From the IMG/VR virus record IMGVR_UViG_3300033075_000403, positions 10,165 through 74,164 of that record: 64,000 bases of DNA. One strand, given 5' to 3'. The notes beneath the pieces were generated by a model. It was not told the DNA's origin and made no database searches. It saw nothing but the letters and a program-made list of their open reading frames with translations. The translations under genes and the position numbers were made by a program. This document shows positions 8,531 through 18,451 of the stretch, piece by piece. The first letter of the stretch is position 1. Every line of letters begins with the position of its first letter. The DNA is from a virus (taxonomy: Duplodnaviria; Caudoviricetes).

Positions 8531-10108
8531 ATGTCTCCCTTTGCGTTGATTGAGTTGCTCTGGCCGGACACGATTTTGTATCGGCAGCAGCGGGAGTTGA
8601 TTCAGTCCGTGGAGGACAACACGGAGACAATCGTGGTGGCGGGGAATCAGTTGGGGAAGGATTACAGCGCCGGGTTGATTGCCCTTCTCTACTTCCTACG
8701 CCACCCCGTCGTCCGCATCATCACTACCTCGGTGGCCGAGAAGCACCTGGATGTGCTTTGGGGGGAAATCCGTCACTTCGTCCAGACCTCCCGCAGTCCC
8801 CTTGATTACAAGCAAGGTGGACCTCTCAAGCTCATGGAGTCAGCACTGGAGATGTACAAGGTGGACCCCAAGACGGGAGTGCAATGTCCTACGTCGCGCA
8901 TGCTCGGTATGGTGTCCGAGAAGGCAGAAAAATTCGCCGGCTGGCACGCCCCGGCAACTCTGTGCATCTTTGACGAAGCCTCCTCCGTGGACGACATGGC
9001 ATACTCCCAGTCTCGCACGTGGGCCAAGCGTCGTCTGCTCATCGGAAACCCGCATTCACGCGGTAACTACTTCTTCCGTGCCGTCAAGGAAGGGGACATC
9101 GTTGACAAGGATCACACTCCCAAGGAGGGAGAACCGCAGCGGTGTTTCCGCAAGGTGATGCAGATTCGTGCGGTGGATTCTCCCAACGTGAAACTTGGAC
9201 TTGAAGAAGTCGCTCGTGGGTTGAAACCATCGAATCGTGTTCTGGTGCCGGGGGTGCTGACCTACGAGCAGTACAAGGAGCGTCGTGCGACCTGGGGCGC
9301 GATGGAGCAGTGCATCGGGCTTGATGCGGAGTTCTGGGAGGGTGACAGCGTGATGCTGGTTCCCGCCCCCTGGCTTGCCGAGGCCGCAGATCACCACGAT
9401 TACCTCGTTCGCAACCGTGTCAAGCGTACTCCGCGTGCTATCGGAGTGGATACAGCGTCCGGTGGGGATGAGACAGTTTTCACCTGCGTAGATGAGCATG
9501 GTGTCATCGAACAGATAGGTCGCCGTACCCCCGACACGAACACGATCATCGGGGACATCATCGCGTTTGGGAAGAAGCACAACGTCCCGGCGACTCAGTG
9601 GGTTTTCGATGCGGGGGGTGGTGGTCGTGAGCATGCCGACCGTTTGAGGTACATGGGGTACAAGGTCCGCACGGTGGGGTTCGGAGAGTCGGCCACCCCG
9701 GAACCGAGGCAGGCGAAGATCCCGCTCTCGGAGAGACGAGAAGCCAAGGACGCCAAGCGTGCCTACGTCAATCGTCGAGCCGAGATGTACGGGGACGTGC
9801 GCATGCTTCTCGATCCCACCACGGATTCGGTTCCCGCAGACATCTACCGGGATCTGCCGTTCTCCGGGTTCGCCATCCCTGCCGACATGCTGGAGTTGCG
9901 AAGGCAACTAGGTGGAATCCCGTATCACCGCGACGAAGAGGGCCGCATGTACCTTCCTGCCAAGAGCAAACGGTCCAGAAAGAGGGTGAATGAACAGACG
10001 CTTGATGAACTGCTGGGGTGCAGTCCTGACCGTGCGGACTCGCTCGTTCTGGCAGTCCACGGCATGCTTCGCGCGTCAGCAGGGTTCGTAGTGAAACCGA
10101 TGTGGTGA
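8531..10108 (+). CDS. terL: terminase large subunit
   Basis: Walker A VVAGNQLGKD, Walker B IFDEAS, LLIGNP coupling motif, RNase H-like IGVDTASGGDETV and SPDRADSLVLA. Confidence 0.93.
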   Translation: MSPFALIELLWPDTILYRQQRELIQSVEDNTETIVVAGNQLGKDYSAGLIALLYFLRHPVVRIITTSVAEKHLDVLWGEIRHFVQTSRSPLDYKQGGPLKLMESALEMYKVDPKTGVQCPTSRMLGMVSEKAEKFAGWHAPATLCIFDEASSVDDMAYSQSRTWAKRRLLIGNPHSRGNYFFRAVKEGDIVDKDHTPKEGEPQRCFRKVMQIRAVDSPNVKLGLEEVARGLKPSNRVLVPGVLTYEQYKERRATWGAMEQCIGLDAEFWEGDSVMLVPAPWLAEAADHHDYLVRNRVKRTPRAIGVDTASGGDETVFTCVDEHGVIEQIGRRTPDTNTIIGDIIAFGKKHNVPATQWVFDAGGGGREHADRLRYMGYKVRTVGFGESATPEPRQAKIPLSERREAKDAKRAYVNRRAEMYGDVRMLLDPTTDSVPADIYRDLPFSGFAIPADMLELRRQLGGIPYHRDEEGRMYLPAKSKRSRKRVNEQTLDELLGCSPDRADSLVLAVHGMLRASAGFVVKPMW

Positions 10109-10204
10109 TTCTCGTGTAGCATTGTGCGACAGACGGTGTACAATCGGGTCAAACACCTGCCCGTTTTCAACCCACCACAGATCGCCCGCCACGAGGGTCC
10201 AATC

Positions 10205-10759
10205 ATGCCAGACGCAAAAGACTTGGAAAAGGTATCGCAATCCCCTGCCCTGATTGCACTGGTCTGTTTGGTGGCGCTGGCGTTCGTGGTGTGGGTGGTG
10301 GTGAAATGGGTGGGGAGGATGTTGGAGACGAAAATCCTCCCCCTCGGAGGTGATGCCCTCAATGCGATGAAGGAATTTCTGTCACACCTGCTTACCAACC
10401 AGGAACTCCTGAAAACGTCTCAGGATAACGCGGCAGCGATCCAGCTCAAACTGCTCGACAATCAGCAGCAGATCAAGAGCATGAACGACTCGACACGAAA
10501 CCATCTTGAAAAATTAGTGGTAATTTCTGCGGAACAAAGTAAGATGCTTGCAGAAATCGCCAAGGCAGGTGCTTCCCTTCTCGTAAACGTGGCCACGCTG
10601 CAAGAGAACGGGAAGACGTTGGACGGGATATTGGTGGCTCTCAACAAGGTCTGCAAGTACAACGAGGAAGCAATTCGTGCTGCTGGGGTTTGCCCGCTCC
10701 ATGTGACCGAAGTGAAACTGGAGGGCAAGACGGATGGAACCAGACCCCAAAAAAGTTAG
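10205..10759 (+). CDS. holin-like membrane protein (1 TM plus coiled coil)
   Basis: TM ALIALVCLVALAFVVWVVVKW; heptad-rich remainder; position ahead of a hydrolase. Confidence 0.5.
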   Translation: MPDAKDLEKVSQSPALIALVCLVALAFVVWVVVKWVGRMLETKILPLGGDALNAMKEFLSHLLTNQELLKTSQDNAAAIQLKLLDNQQQIKSMNDSTRNHLEKLVVISAEQSKMLAEIAKAGASLLVNVATLQENGKTLDGILVALNKVCKYNEEAIRAAGVCPLHVTEVKLEGKTDGTRPQKS

Positions 10760-10891
10760 AATCGTCGAGAAGTTGGTCGAGAGTGTCATCGCTCTGGACC
10801 AGAGGGTCAAAGAGTTGGAGCGATTAACGGAATCGTTAAGGACACGGATGACCGCTGTGGAAGCAACCCAAGACAATCGAGAGGACTCGAA

Positions 10892-11743
10892 ATGAAGCGC
10901 CTTGTGTGCGTGATGTCCCCGCTGCTCCTGCTGATTGCGGTGGTCGGGGCGGACCAGTTCCGCAGCCAGCCAGTGCGCCCGATGATGGCGACGGTGGCAG
11001 TGGCACAAGACCCCAAGCCAGTTCCGCCTCCCGTGCCGGTGGTCGATGGCATCACCCTGCCAGCAACAGCGACGGGCGAGCCAGGCGAGTTTATTCGCGT
11101 GCCGGCCATGACGACGGGGGCGGTGGTCAAGTGGAAGACGCCCGACAAGGGGCTGAACGTCTTCCCGGTGGACCTGCTCAGAGACAGCAAAACGGCGGTG
11201 GTAATTGGCACGACGCCGGGCGTCTACCGGCTGTGGGCGTGGACATCAGGGGTGAGTGGTCCGAGTGACGCAGCGGAATGTTTGGTGACGGTTGGCAAAC
11301 CCAAACCGACGCCGAAGCCGCCCGACCCCAAGCCAAAGCCCGACCCGAAGCCAAAGCCAAAACCACCCGATCCAAAGCCGCCAACGCCTTCGCCTGCACC
11401 AATTCCGGTGGCTGGGCTGCGGGTGCTGGTGGTGTATGAGTCTGCCGACATCACGAAGATGCCCGCGGCGCAGCAGGCAATTGTGTACAGCGAGGACATG
11501 CGGGATTACCTCAATTCCAAGTGCATTGTCGGGCCGGATGGCAAGACGAAGGAATGGCGGTTCTGGGACCAGAACATAGACACGAAAAATGCGGCGAAAC
11601 TGTGGCAAGACGCGATGCAGCGGCCTCGCCAGTCGTTGCCGTGGATGATCGTCAGCAATGGCAAGACGGGCTTTGAAGGACCGTTGCCTGGCAGTGCGGA
11701 CGAGGCCAAGAAGCTGATTCAGAAATACGAGGTGCAGCCATGA
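10892..11743 (+). CDS. secreted protein: Ig-like domain, Pro/Lys linker, thioredoxin-like C-terminal domain
   Basis: signal peptide; KPKPTPKPPDPKPKPDPKPKPKPPDP linker; VLVVYES...LPWMIVSNG...FEGPLP. Confidence 0.65.
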   Translation: MKRLVCVMSPLLLLIAVVGADQFRSQPVRPMMATVAVAQDPKPVPPPVPVVDGITLPATATGEPGEFIRVPAMTTGAVVKWKTPDKGLNVFPVDLLRDSKTAVVIGTTPGVYRLWAWTSGVSGPSDAAECLVTVGKPKPTPKPPDPKPKPDPKPKPKPPDPKPPTPSPAPIPVAGLRVLVVYESADITKMPAAQQAIVYSEDMRDYLNSKCIVGPDGKTKEWRFWDQNIDTKNAAKLWQDAMQRPRQSLPWMIVSNGKTGFEGPLPGSADEAKKLIQKYEVQP

Positions 11744-12648
11744 TGATTCAAGGCGAACCGATCATCCATGAAGGCAACGCCCACGAATACGCCGACCCGA
11801 CGTTGTTGGTGGCGGGGCAGCCGGTCATGCGTGGTTTGGTGCAACGTCCTGCGGGCATCGTCTACGCGAAGGCCGTGGCCGCACCGCCATCCATCCCGAT
11901 TATCCCAAGGTCGGAGTGGTCCGCACGGATTGCCGAGAAGACGGCGCAGCGGTCGCATCTATCAAACATCCGCATGAAGGCGGACAACGGCCAGCTTGCC
12001 GTGAACCTGGACCAGAATGGAAAAGGCGCATGCTGGGCACACTCGTCAACGCAAGCGGTGATGATGAACCGCGCCGCCTGCAATATGCCATACATCCGTC
12101 TCTCGGCATACGGACCATTTTGCGTTATCAAGCAGTATCGCGACGAAGGCGGATGGGCTGCCCTGTCGATGGACTTCCTTTCGACGCGTGGCGTGCCATC
12201 GTGCGAGAAGTGGCCCGAGCAGTCGATGAGCCGCAGCAACGACAACCCAGCGACGTGGGAAGACGCTGCCCGCTACAAGGTGACGGAAGGCTTTTGGGAT
12301 TCGGACCTGGCACCCTATGATCGCAAGCTGACCTTCGAGCAGCGTATTAGCTTGCTCCTGTGCAATCAGGCTTGCGCATCGGATTATATGTGGTGGGGCC
12401 ATTCGGTCTGCGACATCGACGCCGTGGATGGCGTTTCGCTTCGCGGAGAGTGCCGAGCCGAGAGCGGCAAGCTACTCACGCTCCAGGAATTCGATGCGAT
12501 GTGGGACACCGATGGCGTCACGGGTGGAATCGGCGTGCGAATCCTCAATAGCTGGCTGAACTGGGGTCTGAACGGCACCGGGACGCTGGCTGGCACGAAA
12601 GCAATGGCGGATGGATCTGTCTGCCCGCTCGTCAGCAACGCAGCATAG
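11740..12648 (+). CDS. papain-family (C1A) cysteine peptidase
   Basis: DQNGKGACWAH (Gln and catalytic Cys), WWGHSV (His), ILNSW..WG (Asn). Confidence 0.88.
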   Translation: MMIQGEPIIHEGNAHEYADPTLLVAGQPVMRGLVQRPAGIVYAKAVAAPPSIPIIPRSEWSARIAEKTAQRSHLSNIRMKADNGQLAVNLDQNGKGACWAHSSTQAVMMNRAACNMPYIRLSAYGPFCVIKQYRDEGGWAALSMDFLSTRGVPSCEKWPEQSMSRSNDNPATWEDAARYKVTEGFWDSDLAPYDRKLTFEQRISLLLCNQACASDYMWWGHSVCDIDAVDGVSLRGECRAESGKLLTLQEFDAMWDTDGVTGGIGVRILNSWLNWGLNGTGTLAGTKAMADGSVCPLVSNAA

Positions 12649-12708
12649 AGGGCGTGCGATGTTCCGCCGCCTGAGTCCGTTTGTTTTACTTCAACGAAGG
12701 AGACGACG

Positions 12709-12921
12709 ATTAGCACACCACGAAAGATCGCGACCGAACACGAAAAGGCCAACCCAGGCATGCGGGCCGCGACGAAAAAGCTCTCCGATATGGGGCTGAG
12801 TTTCTTCGAGATTCTTGCCCTGATCGGCAAGTATCAAGAGTTCTTCCTGCCCTTGCTGAAGCAGATCATCGACGCCATCAAGAACAAGACTCCGCTACCC
12901 GAAGTGCCGAAGAAAAAGTAG
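12709..12921 (+). CDS. 70-aa amphipathic protein, apparent ATT start
   Basis: AAGGAG then ATT AGC ACA...; open to TAG at 12919; FFEILALIGKYQEFFLPLLKQIIDAIK helix; an in-frame ATG exists 17 codons later. Confidence 0.5.
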   Translation: MSTPRKIATEHEKANPGMRAATKKLSDMGLSFFEILALIGKYQEFFLPLLKQIIDAIKNKTPLPEVPKKK

Positions 12922-12945
12922 CGACCACGACACGGAAGGATTCCC

Positions 12946-13251
12946 ATGCGTTACCTGATCGTCTCCCTGCTGATTGCGGCCACGGCTACCACGGCAGAGG
13001 CCCAGCTATTCGCGAGAATGCGGAACAGCCGCGCCGCTGCCCAGCGTGCCGTCCCAGCGGAAAGATCGCTGGCGACGACGTACCAGCCTCCGGTGAAGGT
13101 GGTGCTGCAAGCAGGACCGCCTCCGCAGGCTCCGCCGTGCTGGTCGCCACCGCCGCAAGCGCCTCCGGTCTGGACGCAATCGGCCCCCGTCGTCACCTAC
13201 CAGCCGCAGACGTTTGCCGCTCCGCTGATGCGTTCGGCGACGAACTGCTGA
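12946..13251 (+). CDS. secreted Pro/Gln-rich protein
   Basis: signal peptide ending AEA; AAGGA RBS. Confidence 0.6.
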   Translation: MRYLIVSLLIAATATTAEAQLFARMRNSRAAAQRAVPAERSLATTYQPPVKVVLQAGPPPQAPPCWSPPPQAPPVWTQSAPVVTYQPQTFAAPLMRSATNC

Positions 13252-13287
13252 CGCTGACCCATGCGGCCCGGTCGGGCTGGAGGACGG

Positions 13288-13797
13288 ATGAGCGTCGTGC
13301 TCTGGATCGTTACTGGCGTCATCCTGATGTCGTTTGCCGAGTACACCGTGCACCGCTGGGTGATGCACACGCCCACGGTGTCGCGGTCCACCTTCGAGGA
13401 ACACGCCAAGCTGCACCACGGGCGATTCTACCAGGGGTTCGCCGGCGACATGGACCCCGCTGCGAAGCACGTCGGGCTTACGCTGTGGCCGCCGAACATG
13501 CTGGTATGGATGCTGCCGGCCTGGGGAACGGCGGCATGGTTCTCGATTCTTGGTGGCATTATTTGGGCGACGATCTTCGTGGCGTATGGTGTGACCTGGA
13601 ACGCTTTCCACTGGGAGATGCACGAACCAAGGGGCGTCTGGTGGTCGCGGTCCAGATGGTTCAGGCGGTCGCGGGAGTATCACCGAATCCATCACAATCA
13701 TCCACGATGCAATTACGCTGCCCTGTTCCCTGGAGTGTGGGATTGGGTATTCCGAACACGTCTGTCACCCGCTAACGTGGTAGGCAAACCGAACTAG
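13288..13797 (+). CDS. fatty acid hydroxylase / sterol desaturase family protein
   Basis: His boxes EYTVHRWVMH, HAKLHH, FHWEMH, YHRIHH, NYA; hydrophobic segments. Confidence 0.85.
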   Translation: MSVVLWIVTGVILMSFAEYTVHRWVMHTPTVSRSTFEEHAKLHHGRFYQGFAGDMDPAAKHVGLTLWPPNMLVWMLPAWGTAAWFSILGGIIWATIFVAYGVTWNAFHWEMHEPRGVWWSRSRWFRRSREYHRIHHNHPRCNYAALFPGVWDWVFRTRLSPANVVGKPN

Positions 13798-13922
13798 TGT
13801 GGTGACAGACGACCTTAAAGCCCACGCAGCCCCAGCCTGAGGACAGGGCGAACCTGGGAGCCGGATGACATTTTCCGAGTGTGTCGTCTGCTGCGTGTGG
13901 CCTGTATACCGAGGGGTGATTC

Positions 13923-14309
13923 TTGAAACGAACCGCTTTGGGGACAGCGACAGGTGTGATTCTCGGAGTAGCTGTCACTTTCGGGACGATGGTGGAAGAT
14001 AACTCTCCCCCAGAATCGCGATCTCCAAAGTGGTCAAAAGCGAGAATCGAGCATCTGAAAGTTGAACCGACATGCAGGGTGTGCGGTGCAACAACCAAAC
14101 TCGAAGTACATCACGTCGAGCCTTTTCATAAACGCCCCGATCTCGAACTCGACCCGAAGAACCTGGTGACGCTGTGTGGAAATCCGTCGTGCAAGTCTCA
14201 TCTGACCATCGGACATCTCGGTGACTACCAGTTGGCTAACCCCGATGTCCGTAGTGATGCCGACATGCTTCGTAAACGTAGAGAGACGGTACGGAATCGC
14301 AAACCATAG
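13923..14309 (+). CDS. HNH endonuclease (packaging-type) with hydrophobic N-terminus
   Basis: CRVCG..LEVHHVEPFH...NLVTLC....CKSHLTIGH; just upstream of the portal. Confidence 0.85.
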   Translation: MKRTALGTATGVILGVAVTFGTMVEDNSPPESRSPKWSKARIEHLKVEPTCRVCGATTKLEVHHVEPFHKRPDLELDPKNLVTLCGNPSCKSHLTIGHLGDYQLANPDVRSDADMLRKRRETVRNRKP

Positions 14310-14365
14310 ACAAGTTGAATTTTCCTCAATCCTTCAGTACACTTGCGTCAACGGAGGATGGAGAA

Positions 14366-16054
14366 ATGTCGGACACGAACGGTAATACACCAGAGCGATT
14401 TGAGATCCCTTCCGAATTTCGGGAGATGGTTCACAACGCCTATGTCACTCGTCAAGAACTGCTCACGAAGCTCGGTGATCCACGCCGGAACATCGAGGAT
14501 GAGTGTGGTTTCCCCGACCTGCATCTCAACATCGACGCATGGGCGTGCCAGCGATTGTTCGACCGTGACCCCTTCGCCGGGCGTGTCGTGGACATTCTTC
14601 CCAAGGAAACGTGGAAGGTTCACCCCGTCGTTCACGAAGACCTGACTTCCGGTGAGGTCACGGAGTTTGAGGAAGCGTGGAGCGATTTGTGCCAGGGTGT
14701 CAGTGTGGACCCTTCGTGGCATCGTGACGATCAGGCGTCCATCCTCTACGACTACTTCAAGCGTCTCGACATCATCTCCGGTATCGGTCGCTACGGCGTG
14801 ATGCTTCTGGGGTTCGATGACGGCATGCCCCTGGATCAACCGTTGCCGGGGTTTCAGGAAAACAACTCCTTCGCCTACGCCAACCCTTCGCTCAATCAAG
14901 AGCATTTGCCCAAGGACTTCGTGGTCAACACGGAAGCCCCACCCACCCCTGCACAGATGATGGCGAAGCCGTACCGTCTCACCGTCAACGCCAGCGTACA
15001 AAAGCTGAATCTCGCCTACCTCCGAGTGTTTGGTGAGACGACGGCACAGATCACGCGATTCGAGGCCAATCCCACCTCGCCTCGACATGGCATGCCTGTG
15101 GAGTACTTGCTGACGCTGGTGGATGCACGCGACTCCACGGGAACGACTGCGGTGGGGGTAGGACCATCCACGGCACGGGTCCACTGGTCGCGGGTGATCC
15201 ATGTTGCGGACAATCGGCAGTCGTCCGAAGTGTTCGGCATGCCTCGCATGCAACCCTTGTGGAACAACCTTCAGAGCTTGCGGAAGATCGTACACGGGTC
15301 GGGGGAGATGTACTGGAAGGGGGCCTTCCCCGGCCTGAGCATTGAGACGCATCCCTCGCTGGGAGCGGAAGTGACCATCGACGCGGTGGGCGCGCGTACG
15401 GCGATGGAACAGTACATGAACGGACTCCAGCGGTATCTCGCCCTCCCCGGCGTCACCGCGAAGTCTCTGGCCCCTCAGATCAGTGACCCCACGAACTTCA
15501 TGAACGCGCAGGTGGAAGCCCTCTGCGTGCGTCTGGGATGCCCGGTACGTATCTTCGTGGGTAACGAGTCGGGGGAGAAGGCATCGGGTCAGGATGAGCG
15601 TGGATGGGAAGGTCGTGTCATCGAACGCCGCAACGGTTACGCCACCTGTCAGATCATGGCACCCTTCGTAGACCGCATGATTTTGCTGGGTGTGTTGCCT
15701 GAGCCGGTGACGGGGTATACGATCACCTGGCCGGACAGCACCAGCCCCACTGAGGATGACAAGGCGAACGTGGCGACGAAGTGGGCCAACGCCATGAGCA
15801 TCTACGTCACAGCGGGTCTGGACGGCATGATGGCACCGAAGGACTTCCTGGTGACGTACATGGGCTTCGACGCGGACGAGGCCGCCACGATCCTCGACAA
15901 CAGCCTGGAATGGCAGACCGAGTACGAGGAACCGCTGGCTGCTTTCGGGCAACAAGTCCCCGGTAATCTCAAGAACCCTGTGGCGACGGACTCGGAAGGC
16001 AACCCTGCCAAGCCGGGGCAGACACTCGATCAGGCGCAGGGTGGACAAACGTAA
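14366..16054 (+). CDS. portal protein (DUF1073-like)
   Basis: RLDIISGIGRYGVMLLG, VHWSRVIHVA, FGMPRMQPLWN, CPVRIFVG; size and position. Confidence 0.85.
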   Translation: MSDTNGNTPERFEIPSEFREMVHNAYVTRQELLTKLGDPRRNIEDECGFPDLHLNIDAWACQRLFDRDPFAGRVVDILPKETWKVHPVVHEDLTSGEVTEFEEAWSDLCQGVSVDPSWHRDDQASILYDYFKRLDIISGIGRYGVMLLGFDDGMPLDQPLPGFQENNSFAYANPSLNQEHLPKDFVVNTEAPPTPAQMMAKPYRLTVNASVQKLNLAYLRVFGETTAQITRFEANPTSPRHGMPVEYLLTLVDARDSTGTTAVGVGPSTARVHWSRVIHVADNRQSSEVFGMPRMQPLWNNLQSLRKIVHGSGEMYWKGAFPGLSIETHPSLGAEVTIDAVGARTAMEQYMNGLQRYLALPGVTAKSLAPQISDPTNFMNAQVEALCVRLGCPVRIFVGNESGEKASGQDERGWEGRVIERRNGYATCQIMAPFVDRMILLGVLPEPVTGYTITWPDSTSPTEDDKANVATKWANAMSIYVTAGLDGMMAPKDFLVTYMGFDADEAATILDNSLEWQTEYEEPLAAFGQQVPGNLKNPVATDSEGNPAKPGQTLDQAQGGQT

Positions 16055-16102
16055 AAAACGTGGTAAACTCTCTATCTGGTTAAAACGACACAGGAGGGAG
16101 TT

Positions 16103-16888
16103 ATGCCGAAAATTGGAGAGACAGGACTTCCGATCAACCGCATCGTGTGTGGGGACAACGTGGAGGTGATGAAGACGCTGCCGAAGGAGTGTATCGACTT
16201 GGTGGTTACATCGCCACCCTACGATAATCTGAGAACCTACGGTGGACATTCGTGGGACTTCAAGGGGGTGGCCGAGCAGTTGACGCGGGTGTTAAAGCCT
16301 GGAGGGGTGATCGTCTGGGTGGTGGCGGACGCGACGGTGGATGGGAGCGAAACACTCACCAGCATGCGTCAGGCAATCCACTTCAAAGACGTGTGCGGTT
16401 TTCGTGTGCATGACACGATGATCTGGGAGAAAACGGGAAGCGGAGGTATTGGGTCGAACCTTTGTTACGCACAGAACTACGAGTTCTCCTTCATTTTCTC
16501 CAAGGGCAAACCGAGCAGGATCAACCTTATCGAAGATCGTGAGAATGTCATCAAGGCTGGAAAAGTGAAAGTCAACGGCGGTATCGGTAAGGACGGTAAA
16601 TCAGCGGACGCAAGAGTAGTGGAGAGGAAACCTGTCGGCAAGCGGACCAACATCTGGAGAATCGCAACACAGAAGAACAGCGAGCATCCCGCCCCGTTCC
16701 CCGAACAACTCGCGCACGACCACATCGTGTCGTGGTCCAGCGAGGGGGACGTGGTGCTGGACCCTTTCAGCGGCAGCGGAACCACAGCGAAGATGGCGAT
16801 GCTCGCGAATCGGAAGTACATCGGGATTGAAGTGAACGAGGAATACTGCCGAATCGCAGAAACGCGGCTTTTACAGGCGAAACTATGA
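16103..16888 (+). CDS. DNA N4-cytosine/N6-adenine methyltransferase
   Basis: VVTSPPY, HPAPFP, DPFSGSGTT. Confidence 0.93.
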   Translation: MPKIGETGLPINRIVCGDNVEVMKTLPKECIDLVVTSPPYDNLRTYGGHSWDFKGVAEQLTRVLKPGGVIVWVVADATVDGSETLTSMRQAIHFKDVCGFRVHDTMIWEKTGSGGIGSNLCYAQNYEFSFIFSKGKPSRINLIEDRENVIKAGKVKVNGGIGKDGKSADARVVERKPVGKRTNIWRIATQKNSEHPAPFPEQLAHDHIVSWSSEGDVVLDPFSGSGTTAKMAMLANRKYIGIEVNEEYCRIAETRLLQAKL

Positions 16889-17880
16889 TCCGTCGTGACC
16901 CTACCTTCAACCCTCTACTGTCAGACCCCACGCGAACTACGTTCCTGCGCAAGCGGGCCAAGGGTACACTACGCAAGGCGATTCGTGCAGCATTCAAAGC
17001 CATGCGCGACATGCTTGCGGGACACGCCACGACCATCCCCGTGATGAACGTGTTCTGTCCTGGTGGGAAGGGGTCGGGGAAGAACCCTCACTGCGTCACC
17101 ACGGGTAGCACCGTGCAGGCAGGTGACTCCACCAAGCAGGCGTTACAGGCCAAGCAAGCCCGCATCCTCCGTCAGAAGCGTATTCTGAAGTCAGGGCAGA
17201 CTCGTGCGACAAAGCAGCGGGGATACCGCAAGGGTGTGAAGGACAGTCCATCCATCTACTCCCCGGCGAAGCAAGGCACTCTGGACTCCGTGGCCAACGC
17301 CTTCAATCCTCTGTCGATCTTTGGATCGGTGAAGGATGTCCTCAAGGACTTGATGAAGCGGGTACTGCCCTCCGGTGGTTGGTGGAAGAAGTTGCTCGAT
17401 CTGGTGTACCGTCGTGGCTATGGTGGAACCAAGGCACCTCGCAGCAAGGGTCCGTTCCTTGAAGTTGATCCTCCCAAGTTGGAGAAGACTGCCGAGGAAC
17501 TTGCCAGGCGTGCGATGGAAGACATCGACAACGTGGCCACCGACATCGCCACCAAGGTAGGGCGTGCAGTGGACGACGCCCAGCGGAAGAACGACCCCAA
17601 GGGTCTTGAGAAGGCGATCAACGAAATCGAGAAAGTCGCCAACAAGCGCGCCGAGATGGTGGTGGACGACGCCGTGGTGCGTACCAATGCGGAGAGCCAG
17701 CTGGACGGACATGAAGCCGCCGGCGTGACTCAGGTGGAAGCGCGCGTGGAGTGGATCACGATGGTGGGAGCGTGTCCTGCCTGTGCTTCCATGCAGGGTA
17801 AAATCTTTCCACTGGAAGCAGCGCGTGGTCTGATTCCAGCGCATCCTCTCTGCCGCTGTGCGTGGCGTGCCGTTTCCTGA
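16885..17880 (+). CDS. head morphogenesis protein (MuF / SPP1 gp7-like)
   Basis: C-terminal VEWITMVGACPAC...IPAHPLCRC. Confidence 0.82.
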   Translation: MIRRDPTFNPLLSDPTRTTFLRKRAKGTLRKAIRAAFKAMRDMLAGHATTIPVMNVFCPGGKGSGKNPHCVTTGSTVQAGDSTKQALQAKQARILRQKRILKSGQTRATKQRGYRKGVKDSPSIYSPAKQGTLDSVANAFNPLSIFGSVKDVLKDLMKRVLPSGGWWKKLLDLVYRRGYGGTKAPRSKGPFLEVDPPKLEKTAEELARRAMEDIDNVATDIATKVGRAVDDAQRKNDPKGLEKAINEIEKVANKRAEMVVDDAVVRTNAESQLDGHEAAGVTQVEARVEWITMVGACPACASMQGKIFPLEAARGLIPAHPLCRCAWRAVS

Positions 17881-17893
17881 ACCGAGGTGTCCT

Positions 17894-18451
17894 GTGCCTT
17901 GCTTTGAAGACGTGTATGAATCGCTTCCCGCTGATGGGTGGTTGACCAAGGATGAGGCACAACTTCTCTACGAGACGGTGGAATCCATCACATCTGCGGG
18001 TACGATTCTCGAAGTTGGAGCATTCAAGGGGCGTTCTACGGCCCTGCTCGCCTCTTTCGGCAGGTTAGTGCATGTGGTAGACCCGTTCGAGGGGTTCAGC
18101 ACGGAAGACCCAACGGGGATCGAAACACGAAACCTCTTTCTCCGCAACATGGATGATCGCGGATTGATGAACAGTGTGTGTCTCTGGTCCACCCGCATCG
18201 AGGACTTCAACCTCGACATCGTGAAGAAATGCGTCATGGCTTATCTGGACGGGGACCACACCCGCAAGGGAACCGAGGCGCAAATCAACACTGCCTTGAA
18301 ACTCAACGCCCAGGTGATCGCAGTTCATGATGTGAACGATGAAGGGGACGGCCTTCAGATCAAGCAGGCGTGCCTCGAACGGCTGGGTCCGTGGACCAAA
18401 CGAGTCGGACGGTTGGCGGTGTGGGATCGACGGATTAAACTACGCTCTTGA
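17894..18451 (+). CDS. class I SAM methyltransferase (Methyltransf_24-like)
   Basis: GWLTKDEAQLLY, ILEVGAFKGRST, AYLDGDHT, IAVHD; GTG start after GAGG. Confidence 0.85.
   Translation: MPCFEDVYESLPADGWLTKDEAQLLYETVESITSAGTILEVGAFKGRSTALLASFGRLVHVVDPFEGFSTEDPTGIETRNLFLRNMDDRGLMNSVCLWSTRIEDFNLDIVKKCVMAYLDGDHTRKGTEAQINTALKLNAQVIAVHDVNDEGDGLQIKQACLERLGPWTKRVGRLAVWDRRIKLRS

Noticed and set aside
11300-11400. KPKP/DPKP nucleotide repeats
   Set aside because: Simple Pro/Lys linker coding, explained by the protein.
14348-16249. Long antisense ORFs (also 20229-21848, 39472-40188, 47768-49039 and others)
   Set aside because: Shadows of high-GC plus-strand genes with clear motifs; no RBS or domain signal.
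5839-16888. Two DNA methylases as a restriction-modification system
   Set aside because: No cognate restriction nuclease nearby; orphan anti-restriction methylases are routine in phages.
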